A stretch of DNA of 64,000 bases, from the NCBI GenBank assembly GCA_001949185.1, contig BDGG01000001.1:8812721-8876720 (forward strand), given 5' to 3'. The notes beneath the pieces are model-generated. The model had not been told where the DNA came from, ran no database searches, and saw nothing but the letters and a program-made list of their open reading frames with translations. The position numbers and the translations under genes are program-made. Source of the stretch: Ramazzottius varieornatus. Lineage: Eukaryota; Animalia; Tardigrada. Of this stretch, positions 53,613-64,000 are shown piece after piece (position 1 is the stretch's first letter; every line of letters begins with the position of its first letter).

Positions 53613-53960
53613 ATGTCGTCTCGTTTGCAGGTGCTCAAATCTTACCGCAACCTACTGCGGACAGCGGCCAACGTTTTCGGTGAGGACGTCTTTACCGCGA
53701 CCCAAGCCAAACAAGCCATCCGTCAAGAATTCGAAGCTAACCGCAACGCTGAAGGGACCGAGCATCTCAACAGTCTGCTGGACGTTGCTGTCAAGACGGA
53801 GCAAGTGCTGAGGAACGGTGTGGTACAGGGGCGGCTCAACTCGCGGGGCAACTACGACGTACGCTTCCCGGCTGACTTCTCGAAGATCGATGGAACAACA
53901 GGTTTGATCACTCCAGAAATACTGAGCGAACTCAAGGCCACAACCAAGTGTATGAAATGA
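53613..53960 (+). CDS. LYRM7: Complex III assembly factor LYRM7/Mzm1 (intronless)
   Basis: VLKSYRNLLRTAANVFGED..AKQAIRQEF..LRNGVVQG pattern. Confidence 0.8.
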   Translation: MSSRLQVLKSYRNLLRTAANVFGEDVFTATQAKQAIRQEFEANRNAEGTEHLNSLLDVAVKTEQVLRNGVVQGRLNSRGNYDVRFPADFSKIDGTTGLITPEILSELKATTKCMK

Positions 53961-55549
53961 GCACGGCGATGGAAGCACTGGCGACTACCGCCGAGTCCAT
54001 TTCCATCGAAACCGTCCCTCCTGCTCAACCTACTCCCCATTATGACTTTCAACGTCCTCCTCACCTCGTGTACACTGCCGACGAATTCAGCAGCTCCAAA
54101 GATGCTTCTTGTTATCTGAAGGGCTGCAAGTGGTAATCAAACGCCTCAGATTCTGCTTTGATACCAATCATACCATAACGAAATGAAACGGTGTATTCTC
54201 CTGTGTGTGATCAACTCGCGCATGACGTCATATAGTTCCACGTTACTGCGTCGTTCTTTGTAGATGCCATGCGTGACTTGATAAAGGCATAGTTAACGTT
54301 TGTCCTGCTTTCATGATCTTAGGGCGCCGGATGGTTCCTGCTTGCTGACCAACTCCGCCGACAGCGTTCTTCGTCTCTTCGATGCCCCCGACTTCAGTAC
54401 CGGTCTCCCCCCATCTCCCTTACCGTGGAAATCAGCCCTCCGTGTGAAAGAAGTGGACCTGGTCTACGACTACTGCTGGTACTCGAAGATGTCCTCCTCA
54501 GATCCCGCCACGGCCTGCTTCGTCACCACATCAAAGACTGCGCCTGTTCACCTGTGGGATGCCTTCCTTGGTACCCATCGGGCTAGCTACATCGCCAAAG
54601 ATAACTCTGACTCCGTCGTCGCCGCTAATAGCGTCGCAGTGAACCCGGAAGGGACGATGATCTACGCTGGATATTCCAACACCGTTCGCATTTTCGATAT
54701 CGCATACCCCGGTTAGTTTTTCCTTCTTTCTCGACCCAACGAAATTGAGTAACGACGAAGGAGCTGGACTTAATCCGTCTTCCATTTTACTAGCTGGAAA
54801 CGTGCGCCACTTAAGAAACAAACTTGGCCAGATCATTTTCCGAGTGACGCACGCTTTCAGTGCTAGTGAATGTAAGCGTGCGCCACTTGGGACAAGAGTG
54901 CTGGCCAGTTTGTTCGTTTCTCAAACAATTCTTTATCGTTATCTCTGCAGGGGAAGAATGTGCGATGGTCGATGTGAGCAAGAAAGAAGGGAGGCAAGGT
55001 GGTATCATTTCTAGCATGGCTTTCGATGTCAGCGGTACCGACATGGTTGCTTTCGGTTCGTACAGCCGCTCCATAAGCCTCTGTTCCTGCGACGGCGACC
55101 TCATATCCACTCTAGAAACCACACACTCAAACGGCATAACGCAGCTGCACTTTTCTCCTGACGGGCGGCGCTTGTACAGTGCTGCCCGGATGGACCAGCG
55201 CATTCTGTGCTGGGACCTTCGAACTCGGAAAGTCCTTCGGGATTTCCGTCGTGAGAGCGGTACGAATCAACGCCTGTACTTTGACGTGGATCCGCTCGAA
55301 CGATGGCTGTGTTCGGGTACGAGGAATGGCAAGCTGAGTGTGTGGCCTCTTAAAGAAAGGGAGATGGCCAAAGAGAATAGTGCTCCTTCCTTTGAGTTTG
55401 ACGTTCATAGTGATATGGTCAACGGTGTGTCTTTTCATCTACAGTGGTCACTCTTGGCCAGCGCTTCTGGCCAGAGGCACGTGCCCTCTCCATTTGTGGC
55501 AGAAAGTACTGTCTCTGAAAATATCCTCAAACTTTGGTATGTCGGATAA
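53957..55549 (+). CDS. WRAP53: WRAP53/TCAB1 WD40 protein (3 exons)
   Basis: YLKGCKW|APDGSCLLTNSAD, VYDYCWY, PVHLWDAF, GITQLHFSPDG, TNQRLYFD, LASASGQR. Confidence 0.93.
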
Positions 55550-55809
55550 ATGGTCTTTATCTGGTTGCTTTAGACTGCTGCAGCTGGCCTTTTTTGTTAA
55601 AGTAGCCTAATGAAGTCGGCTGAACATTTTGAACGGGTTGGCCAACGGTCGACGAGGTGGCGCCTTATTAATGTAGCCGTGGGAACATGTGGCTTGTTGA
55701 CGGGCCGAAAGTGGCACTAGCCAAGCGTGGCAAGATGGGCTTGAGTCTTTTGTCGAACAGCATTTACTTCATTTCTGACTGGATCGGCATCTGCTGATAG
55801 TTTGCTGGC

Positions 55810-58800
55810 ATGGCGAAGGCATCAGAAGGAAAGGGTTCGGCCAAGAAGTTTGTGGACCTGCAGTTGCGAGCAGGTGCCGACGGTGCGGCCAGTGGGCAGC
55901 ACGGCTTGCAGAATGATCTGGCCGCCTATGACGAACAGGACATGACTGACCCCTACATGGAAGAGCTTCTGGACGTGCTGGACCGGGTGGAGAATGAGGG
56001 CGAACCTTACTTGGAAAAGCTCATCCTCCAAGCCGGCTTGGACTTCACCTCGCCCGACGAGGACCAGCTCAGCACAGCAGGACATACCACAGCAGCAGCT
56101 CAGAGGCTGAAGGCCCGGAAGCAGAAGAAGCGCCAAGCGAAAACGATGGCCTCCAAAGTGGAAATGGGCGTCATCCAGCCCATATCCGATGATGACTTTA
56201 GCCAAATTTACAGCACAGCCAAAGAAGGTTTTTATCGCTTCATTACGCTAGCTTGAAATCTAAATTCGCCAATGGTTACTGACCCATGGCCGAATAACAA
56301 TAATTTCGGCCTTGGCATGGTTGGACGTTGGCTGTTTTAGGCGGAGGGAGTGAACCTTCGGACGAGTCGCCTTCCAGCCGCTCCAGCACGTCAACCGAAA
56401 GTCTCGCGGAGGACCTGGCCGAGATGGTAGCGCGCGGCAAAGTGCCAGTGCTAACCGAGAAGCCTTCCAACAATGTGGAGACCTATGGCAGCCGCATCGT
56501 CCCTTACGGCTCGTTCAACGTCAACAACGATGACGCTGGTCTTGCCAAGTACGCCACTTCCGATAAGTTACTTCGTGCAGCCAGGATGGCCGCATCGTCC
56601 TCTCCGGAAACGGACGTACTGGACAAAGAACCAGAAAAAGAAGGTATGTCATCGAAAGTTGATTTGGCCCAATGCTGACATGACAGGCAGGCAAACAAAC
56701 AAACAAACTTCGACAAGATCGGTTGTGCTGAGTGGCGCACGCGACCGGTGTTGTTAGCTGAAAGGGTGCGCCACTTGGGCAAATAATCAGCCGAAAATGT
56801 TTGCCGATGTCCCAAGTGCCAATTGATGAAGTTGTTGGCAGGGGAATGCATCGAGACTTGGTCGTCGGACCTTTTGTCCCACGCCACGGACTTTGAAGAA
56901 GATTTGTACGACGAAGGGAAGGGCGATCACTTGGAGGAAAAGGAGGAAGAGGATCGAGGGCCGGACATGGTGTTGCTGTCGTCATCGTCCGACGAGGAGG
57001 AGCTGGAGTCGCCAGGGCACTACTTTGACTACAGCAAGCAGGAAGAGCAGTGCTTGGCTATCGTGGCTAATTTCCGTCGACAGTTCACCGATGCCTATCC
57101 CGATAGGAAACCTTTATTCTTGACGCCGGTCAATGTAGGTGTGTATACGCGCTTAGCAGGCTGGAGAACTTGAAGAACGAAAAGCTGCGTTCTGTGTCAT
57201 ATGGCGATGCGCGATCTATGACTTGTTGTTGCAGGAGGAAGGAGTTCCCCGCTTTGTGTGTACAACCATCCGCCCGACCATCTTCAGCTATGACGACCTG
57301 TTCCAGTGGGATGGTGAGCTTGTAAGAACTGACAGTTTTCCACGAAATTTGCACCATTCGTTTTTTACTTTTCATCACATATGATTATCTGGAATTTCAA
57401 AGCAGTTTGTTCTTGTCATGTTTAGGGATCGCTCGCTTCTTTGCCTACCAGATGGAGTATATCCTCCTCAACCCGCCGGACCTTCCACCCACCGTGGTCA
57501 TGTCGCCGGCCTCCATCATGAAAGAACGACAAGGTAACGCCTTTGACTACTGCTTCATCCTGGCCTCGGTCTTGATCGCAGTGGGCTACGACGCCTACAT
57601 TGTCAACGGCTACGCCGCTCCGCCCATCTGCACCGGCGACGAAAGCCAGCACCTCTGCCCGCTTCTCCCCCAAGATAACGAACCTGACCTCATTCCAGAA
57701 TTCGAGAAGGATTTTGATTTGGCCGACTTTCAATCCTCAGTCGCCAACGAATGTTTTAAGTAAATACTTCAACAAATAAATTGCCCGTATTTTTTTCTTA
57801 GTCTGAAACAAACTGGAAAAATCCCCAGAAGGAGTTTAATTAAAATAGAAATGAATATGATTTAATAGGTCGAAATAATTGATATTTGCAATGGGTTTTT
57901 AGGAATACGATCAGGCGTCAGCGGGAACGCATGATTAGAGAGCGCAACGACAACGTCAAAGGTCTGGAGTACCTTCTGAAGCAGGAAAAGATCCGTGCGG
58001 GTCTTCCGCCGCATGATGGTGAGTCGCAGTCCGAGGAGGAAGAAGTCGACCCCTACGAGAAGCGGCGAGTACATGCTTGGATCGTCATCCTGCCTGGTAA
58101 GCGCGACATCACCGAGGCCTTCTTCATCGAACCCTTCACCGGTCGCGCTTTTGCCACCAACCACGACGAGTTCTACAACATCGAGGCTATCTGGAATCAT
58201 CGACAGTATTACGTCAACATGCAGGCAAGTCACAGCTTTTCATTTTTCAAATTATACAAAATTGTGACAACAAAAACATCAAATAAAATCCAAAAGATAT
58301 TAAATCGAATCATGGACATGTTTTTGGCTTATTTTGATTTAATTTGGTTATTTGATCTTTATTTTGTTAGCTATTTGTTCATCAAGTTTGGTTAACTTAA
58401 TCTTATATCATTGATACTATGTATTTTTCTATTTTTCATTTTATTTCAAATTTAGACTAAATTATTCAAGTGATCCGCGATATCTGCAGGAACTTGAGGC
58501 CGGTGAGGAACTGATCTGGGACGTGCACGACAGTCAAAAATGGGAGCCGGTCTTTGCCAAGAGCACGTTAAAGCAAGAGCAAAATGTGCCTGTTGACTCG
58601 GAGGAAAACATGGCAACGGTCGAAGAGCAAGGCGCAATGAAGGAAGGTAACGCCGGTGCCGGCTGGCCCTTCAAAGGCTTCCAGATGCCGCGACCCTGGT
58701 CCGAACCGATAACTGTCTCCAAGAAGCGCTACCTGCGCTTCTGTAAGAACGGCTTCCGCTTGGCCAGATACTACAAATGTGACATGGAAATGTACCAGCA

Positions 58801-61315
58801 GTACGAAAGAAAAGATGGGCTGGCATCCAAGTTCATCCTTTTCAAGAACCGGCGCAAAACCGTAAGAACCAATGAGCTCAGCAAAACGCAACTGGATAAG
58901 ATTGCTTTCTACGTGGCGCACGCTTTCACTCGATGACACAGACAACGTCCGCCACGTGAAAAGACAAGCCCGACAACACTGCTTTCCAAAGTGGCGCACG
59001 TTGCCAGTTCTACTCACTGAAAGCCTGCGCCACTTGGAAAACGTTCTTGGAAGTTTGTTGACGGTCTTCTTTGGTAGAAAATTACGACTGTCAAGGAAGT
59101 GTACGAGAACCGCCGAGATCGACTTCGTTATAGGAAACACCTCGTCCGAGACAGTATTCTTCGCGAATACTTTGCTCCCGGTCATGTTCGGGGTGTCCGC
59201 ATGCACGAACTTCACATTAACGGCGAACACCCAGCCAAGTTCAGCGAGCTCTACCGCGCACTAAACTGCTTTAAAGTCCAGCAGAATTTGGTGCGGACCA
59301 TGACCTACTACAGTGAATACAGGAATGATGGTCTCGTCAAATTAGTCCAACTCCCCGAAGAGGTTAGAAAAGTCGGCGATCTCAAATACCTACATACAGA
59401 TTACCAGGCATATGCTACTGTCGGATGTATGTAGGTGTATGAAAGTTCTGCGTGAAGTTATCTCACATACCTGCATACTCTTTATCCCTTGTACGCCATT
59501 GGGTTTCGTACGCATGTTTGCGAGGGAAAGTCTTTTGACTGTCGAACAAAATCAAATATTAAAGTTTGAACTTGTTTTACAGGTTTTGTGGTATTACGAA
59601 GGTAGAAAGGACAACCTAGTCTTCCGGCGGATCAAGTACGGCACACAGATCGACAGGTCGTACGCCGTGGAGGCGCTCAAGTGCAAGGGTGACCAGCGAC
59701 CTATTGCTCTCATCATGGAGAAGTTTGACCGTAACAAAGAGGAAGCCAACCCCGATTTGGATATTTACCTGAGAGAGTTAGACATTACTGGTAACACCTT
59801 GCACTTGGTCTATCAGCCAGCCGATGGCATGGTCATGAGCACACAACGACGCTACCACCTGCCTGATTTCAACGAGGGACCGCAGTCCGGTCTGGAACTT
59901 CCAGTAGGCTTTCTTCGTATGAACGACGATGTCGTTTCCGGTAAATAAACCAAGACATTTCTTAGATCCGTACTAAAGTTTCAAGTTGTAGCTGAATAAA
60001 TAATCTACGTCAGTCTAGTGCTTCAGTTGCGCGAAAGTCATAAATTAGAAAAAGGTGGCACTTTCCATCATTGCAGAAGATTAGTTTTGCCCTACCAAGT
60101 GCACGTCCTGTAGTTTGAGACTGTGCGTGGTGTTATCCTTGTAGAAGTGGACATTTCATGTTTTTGCCACGTTTATTTGACAGTGATATTTCGTGATCAG
60201 TTGAAAGAAGAGCAGCGTCTGCCGATCGACGTTTGGGACGAGATGGTCTTGCACTACCGCAAGTCTCTGGAGGGCATTGTGGGCGTCCGGCGAGCCGAAG
60301 ACGACTTCAAAGAGGAGATAGGCGAGCGTATTGAAGAAGAACGCCAGCCGGCCTTGTGGCATTCGCCCTACGACGTCGAGCGCCATCCACGAGCCGCCAT
60401 CATCGTCAACAAGAGCCAAGAAGCCGATCTGCTGAAACAACCTGCCAACGAGCAGAACGCCGTCTTCGACCCCACTTCTTTCGACTGGGTAGCGCCTTAC
60501 ATGGCTGCCTATGGTGACAAGGAAGTGCAAAGTCTGGAGGATGCGCTGGCTGTCAGACAGACGGTTCTCGAGGACTTGAGAGAGCGACTGCTCTATACCG
60601 CTAATGCTCTTGAGAAAGCCCATGAGTTGGAGTTTGCCAAGCTCCAAAGCCTCAACGACAAATTCAGAAAAGCTCAGGTAAAGTTGGCGAAGGCAAAGCA
60701 GATCTTTTCTGTCAAGTTGCGCGCGGTTTCAACCAGTAATACGTGCCCCATGTGGGAGAAGCAACTCGGCAAGATCGTTCTTGCAAGTGACGCATATCTC
60801 CAACCAATAACACTGAAAGAATGCGCCACTTGGCAGGAGGATCTTGTACAGTTTTCTTTCTCGTAGTCGGCATTTGTGAACCTGATGGGTATGTTTTTTC
60901 TTGGCAGATTGCTGGTGAGCTGTCGCCGAAGGATTTCACCATCTACGAGAAGGACAAGGCGGCCATACAGTTCAAGATGCATATGCTAGAGCGCCGTCAA
61001 GAACTGTTGCAGTTTGAAGGGCCGGCCAAGCTGAAGAAGCTGAACGACTGGATCTTACAAGACCCTCGTTTCTCACGGTGGTTACAAGGTATGCAGCTGG
61101 AGACGCGCGATCGTGTTATCCAAGACGAACTGATGACGGTTAAGAAGAACACACCACACTGGACAGCGGCTCAACGGAAGAAAGTGTGGAAGTTGCAGTC
61201 GGAAGACGGTGAGATACTGGTGGACCCCCTGGACAAGGAAGAGGCTGCTTATGGGCGGGGTGATGCTTCCACCCACCGCCTGCTTTCACCTCACGCCGGT
61301 CGTGCGCCTCGTTGA
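55810..61315 (+). CDS. DRC7: Dynein regulatory complex subunit 7 (CCDC135) with an acidic N-terminal extension
   Basis: NFRRQF..YPDRKPLFL, VCTTIRPT, GNAFDYCFILASVLIAVGYDAYIVNGYA, RVHAWIVILPG, FFIEPFTG, EAIWNH..YYVNMQ, DPRF. Confidence 0.88.
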
Positions 61316-61593
61316 GCGTGCCCACCAGTGGCTCTGGGGCTCATCGTCATGTCTCTCTGACGAAACTGCTCTTCTATCTGATTCCCGTTTGTTTTTACTG
61401 CAGAGTTTCCGAGCTCGGATGTTGTTGGGGGATATTTGCCTGATATAGAGACACGATAAAAAATGAGAAAACAAAACAGCTGAAACAACGACTTTGAACA
61501 TTGAGCAGGACAAGGTAGTAAGTATTACACTTGTTGACCTTCCACAGCGCCATCACCGACTCACAGTCCATACAAAGTGTAAAAGAGGAAATG

Positions 61594-63539
61594 CTATTTA
61601 AATCCAGCAGCCAACGCAAGTACTTCAGTCTGGCAATCTCCTCCCGGCAGCCAGCTGAGGTGGAAAAGTTCCGTCGTCATCAGCACTGCCAGTACAACAA
61701 ACACCGATGTCGGTGAACCACACATAAAGTACACGCGCCTGGCCTAAATGTGGGGATGGACAAAAATGTGGNNNNNNNNNNNNNNNNNNNNNNNNNNNNN
61801 NNNNNNNNNNNNNNNNNNNNNNNNNNNNNNNNNNNNNNNNNNNNNNNNNNNNNNNNNNNNNNNNNNNNNNNNNNNNNNNNNNNNNNNNNNNNNNNNNNNN
61901 NNNNNNNNNNNNNNNNNNNNNNNNNNNNNNNNNNNNNNNNNNNNNNNNNNNNNNNNNNNNNNNNNNNNNNNNNNNNNNNNNCCACATTTAGGCCGGCGTG
62001 TACTTGAAGTAACGCGAACTCACTGTCCGCTACTTACGTCCATCTCCAGGCCCAAGCTCAGTTTCAAGAAGGTGGCAATATTCTGTGCAGGAATCTTTGG
62101 GTTCAAGTCGCACTTTGGATGTACCCAGCATTTGGGTAAACCAAAAGACCGGAGCAGTCGGGCTGAAATCCACCTAAGGAATCCAATGAGAAGATCAATG
62201 TCAGTTACATAGAACTGGCTGGTTACGAGACACTTACGTACTTGTTTGTATGTGACAGCAGAGTGGTTCGCTGCGGCGAAGAACCACACCGAATCAGCAA
62301 CCTCCAACATGAGCGGCAACTCGGCTGGTCGCGGAATGATCGACCGCGCTTCTTTGACATGATGGTGTTGACAAAACTCCCTGTAGAAGAAAACCAACAG
62401 ATCAAACAAGAGATCGGCCATACACTCAACAAGATTACTTTCACAAGGTGGCGCACGCTTCCAGTGTTAGTAGCTGGAGGCGTGCGCTAATTGCAATACC
62501 CATCTTGTCGCGTTCATTTGCCACCGCTCTCTATAATCATGTTTAGACATTCCGTTTGAATGGTGTTGAATCTTTTGATGGTAAAAGACCCTACCAGAAA
62601 GCAAACCAGGAGAGCTGAAGGTCTGGTCGTGTGACTTTGCGGACGAAGGAATCGAACTGGAAGGCCTTCTTGGTCTTGAGGTTGGTGCGAAAACGACAAG
62701 GCTCCATCGTTTCGTCCTCCAGATGCAGTCGCAGTATACGGTCCAGCTTACCGACTGCGCTGTGCTCGTCAACGAGGAAAGCTCGGCGAATGACCAATGG
62801 CAACTCTTCGACCAGAAAGTCTTCGCCAACCTGAAATGCCGTCAGTTCTCCGCCCTTCCTCTCGATGACTGCAGTCAAGTCCTCACAAATCTATAGGAGA
62901 AAGATATGTTGACTGAAGTTAGGGAAGGGGCCAACCCGCAAGCAAACCTTGATCGTACAGAGCATCGCATATGCCAGGGGATCGTATCCGAGGTGGAGCC
63001 GTTGGACTGGGAAGCATCGGCAAGTTCCAAGGCTGCACTGCGCGACTTGATCAAACAGGGTACGTCTCTCAAATACGTCCAGTCCCAGTAAGGCAGCATC
63101 TATAACAATAAAGATAAGTCTCGATAACTCTAACCGTGGTTTTGTAACAGATGCACATCAAAAATATGTCCCCCGATTTCGTCGACGCATGACGTCTTGG
63201 AACTCAGTCGTGCCTAAGCATCTGGCTCGGGGTACATCGTTGCGCCTCATGACGTCATGTCACAGTGTCGTTCACCGGATTTACCTTGATTAAGCCAATG
63301 CGAAAGATGGCTTCGAAGAATGTCGGCGGTATAGCCAGCCAAGCAACCGCGAAGAAGATTCCAGTCAACGAGAGGAATTTTGCAGCTCGCAAAAGCATCC
63401 TTCCGGTCCGTCTTCTTCTCAGGTACTCCTTGACGTCGTCGAGGGCCGCTGCCGAAGTCTCCTTGAGATTAAAACTGCCGTCCTTCAGCAACGAAGCGCA
63501 GAGGCGTTCTACAGCTTCCAGCTCTTGTGACCGCACCAT
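61594..63539 (-). CDS. Membrane-anchored uncharacterised protein (C6orf89-like)
   Basis: TM then RIGLIK|MLPYWDWT..CLI; spliced exons continue across the gap. Family call is from memory. Confidence 0.55.
61730..62002. mobile_element. Palindromic MITE-like insert spanning the assembly gap
   Basis: Left TACACGCGCCTGGCCTAAATGTGG and right CCACATTTAGGCCGGCGTGTA are inverted repeats ending in TA. Confidence 0.6.
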
Positions 63540-64000
63540 CCTACCCCTAATCCCAAAGAAACGGTAGATCTGCAAAAAGACCGACCGTAAAGACTCGACC
63601 AATGAAGACTGACGACTCATCAACTCAAGCAGGATCTCACTCTGAAAGCACTTACGAAGATACCTGCACTGCCTGGACGCTTTCTTTTCCTGTAGCCGCT
63701 GCACTATCTCTCACATCAGCGTCATATGTTGAAGTCCATTCATTTGCACTCCCTCAGCGTACTCCAAAGATTTGCTGCCAGATAAATAGTGCGGAATCTT
63801 CGACTGGAAGTACGCGATAAAACGCACAACAATAAAAATTTGAAGTTCTGAAAGCTTGTGACCTCCCAACCCCATGGACGGGTATCGTCAATCGCACGGC
63901 TTGCCGCCACAATGGACGTAGAGCCTTGCGGATGGCTGACTTGTGTGATTCGTGGTGGGTCAAGGGGTAATCTAAGAACATCACGCTCGCTCACCTTAGA

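Larger units (their letters stand above)
54802..62493. repeat. N25 element clusters at 54841 (WRAP53), 56729, 58910/58988, 60713/60784 (DRC7) and 62445
   Basis: All intronic; 25-nt spacers except 18 nt at 60713. Confidence 0.88.

Noticed and set aside
58225-58489. Very AT-rich DRC7 intron with imperfect inverted symmetry
   Set aside because: Single low-complexity occurrence with no defined ends.
5860-62493. N25 element as an introner (intron-generating element)
   Set aside because: Copies lie inside introns with unrelated sequence between them and the splice sites, and some are intergenic.

Overview
Compact, intron-rich animal genomic DNA (about 47% GC by eye, most introns 55-70 nt, one N gap at 61772-61981). 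It holds about 19 spliced genes: DGK-epsilon, a cadherin, a trypsin-family protease, Tim13, adenylate kinase, REEP, a PRMT, BLOC1S1, Aph-1, an Ldh_2 dehydrogenase, a GM2-activator-like protein, a secreted C2-like protein resembling tardigrade AMNP, BCS1, an MCT transporter, TatD, LYRM7, WRAP53, DRC7 and a C6orf89-like gene. There are also decayed pseudogene and transposon tracts. The AMNP-like gene suggests a tardigrade (inference). The most striking unexplained feature is a dispersed palindromic element, CAAGTGGCGCAC-N25-GTGCGCCACTTG. By hand count there are about 47 units in about 27 clusters, roughly one cluster per 2-2.5 kb and never in a CDS I could call. The arms are conserved and the spacer is exactly 25 nt in 43 of 47 units, although spacer sequence and the linkers between units vary freely; this looks like a geometrically constrained binding or recombination site, or a domesticated MITE. 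Other highlights: LYRM7 and WRAP53 overlap at ATGA (bicistronic-like), TGACGTCA is strongly enriched in first/second introns, and three introns use GC donors. Exon boundaries and counts were made by eye.
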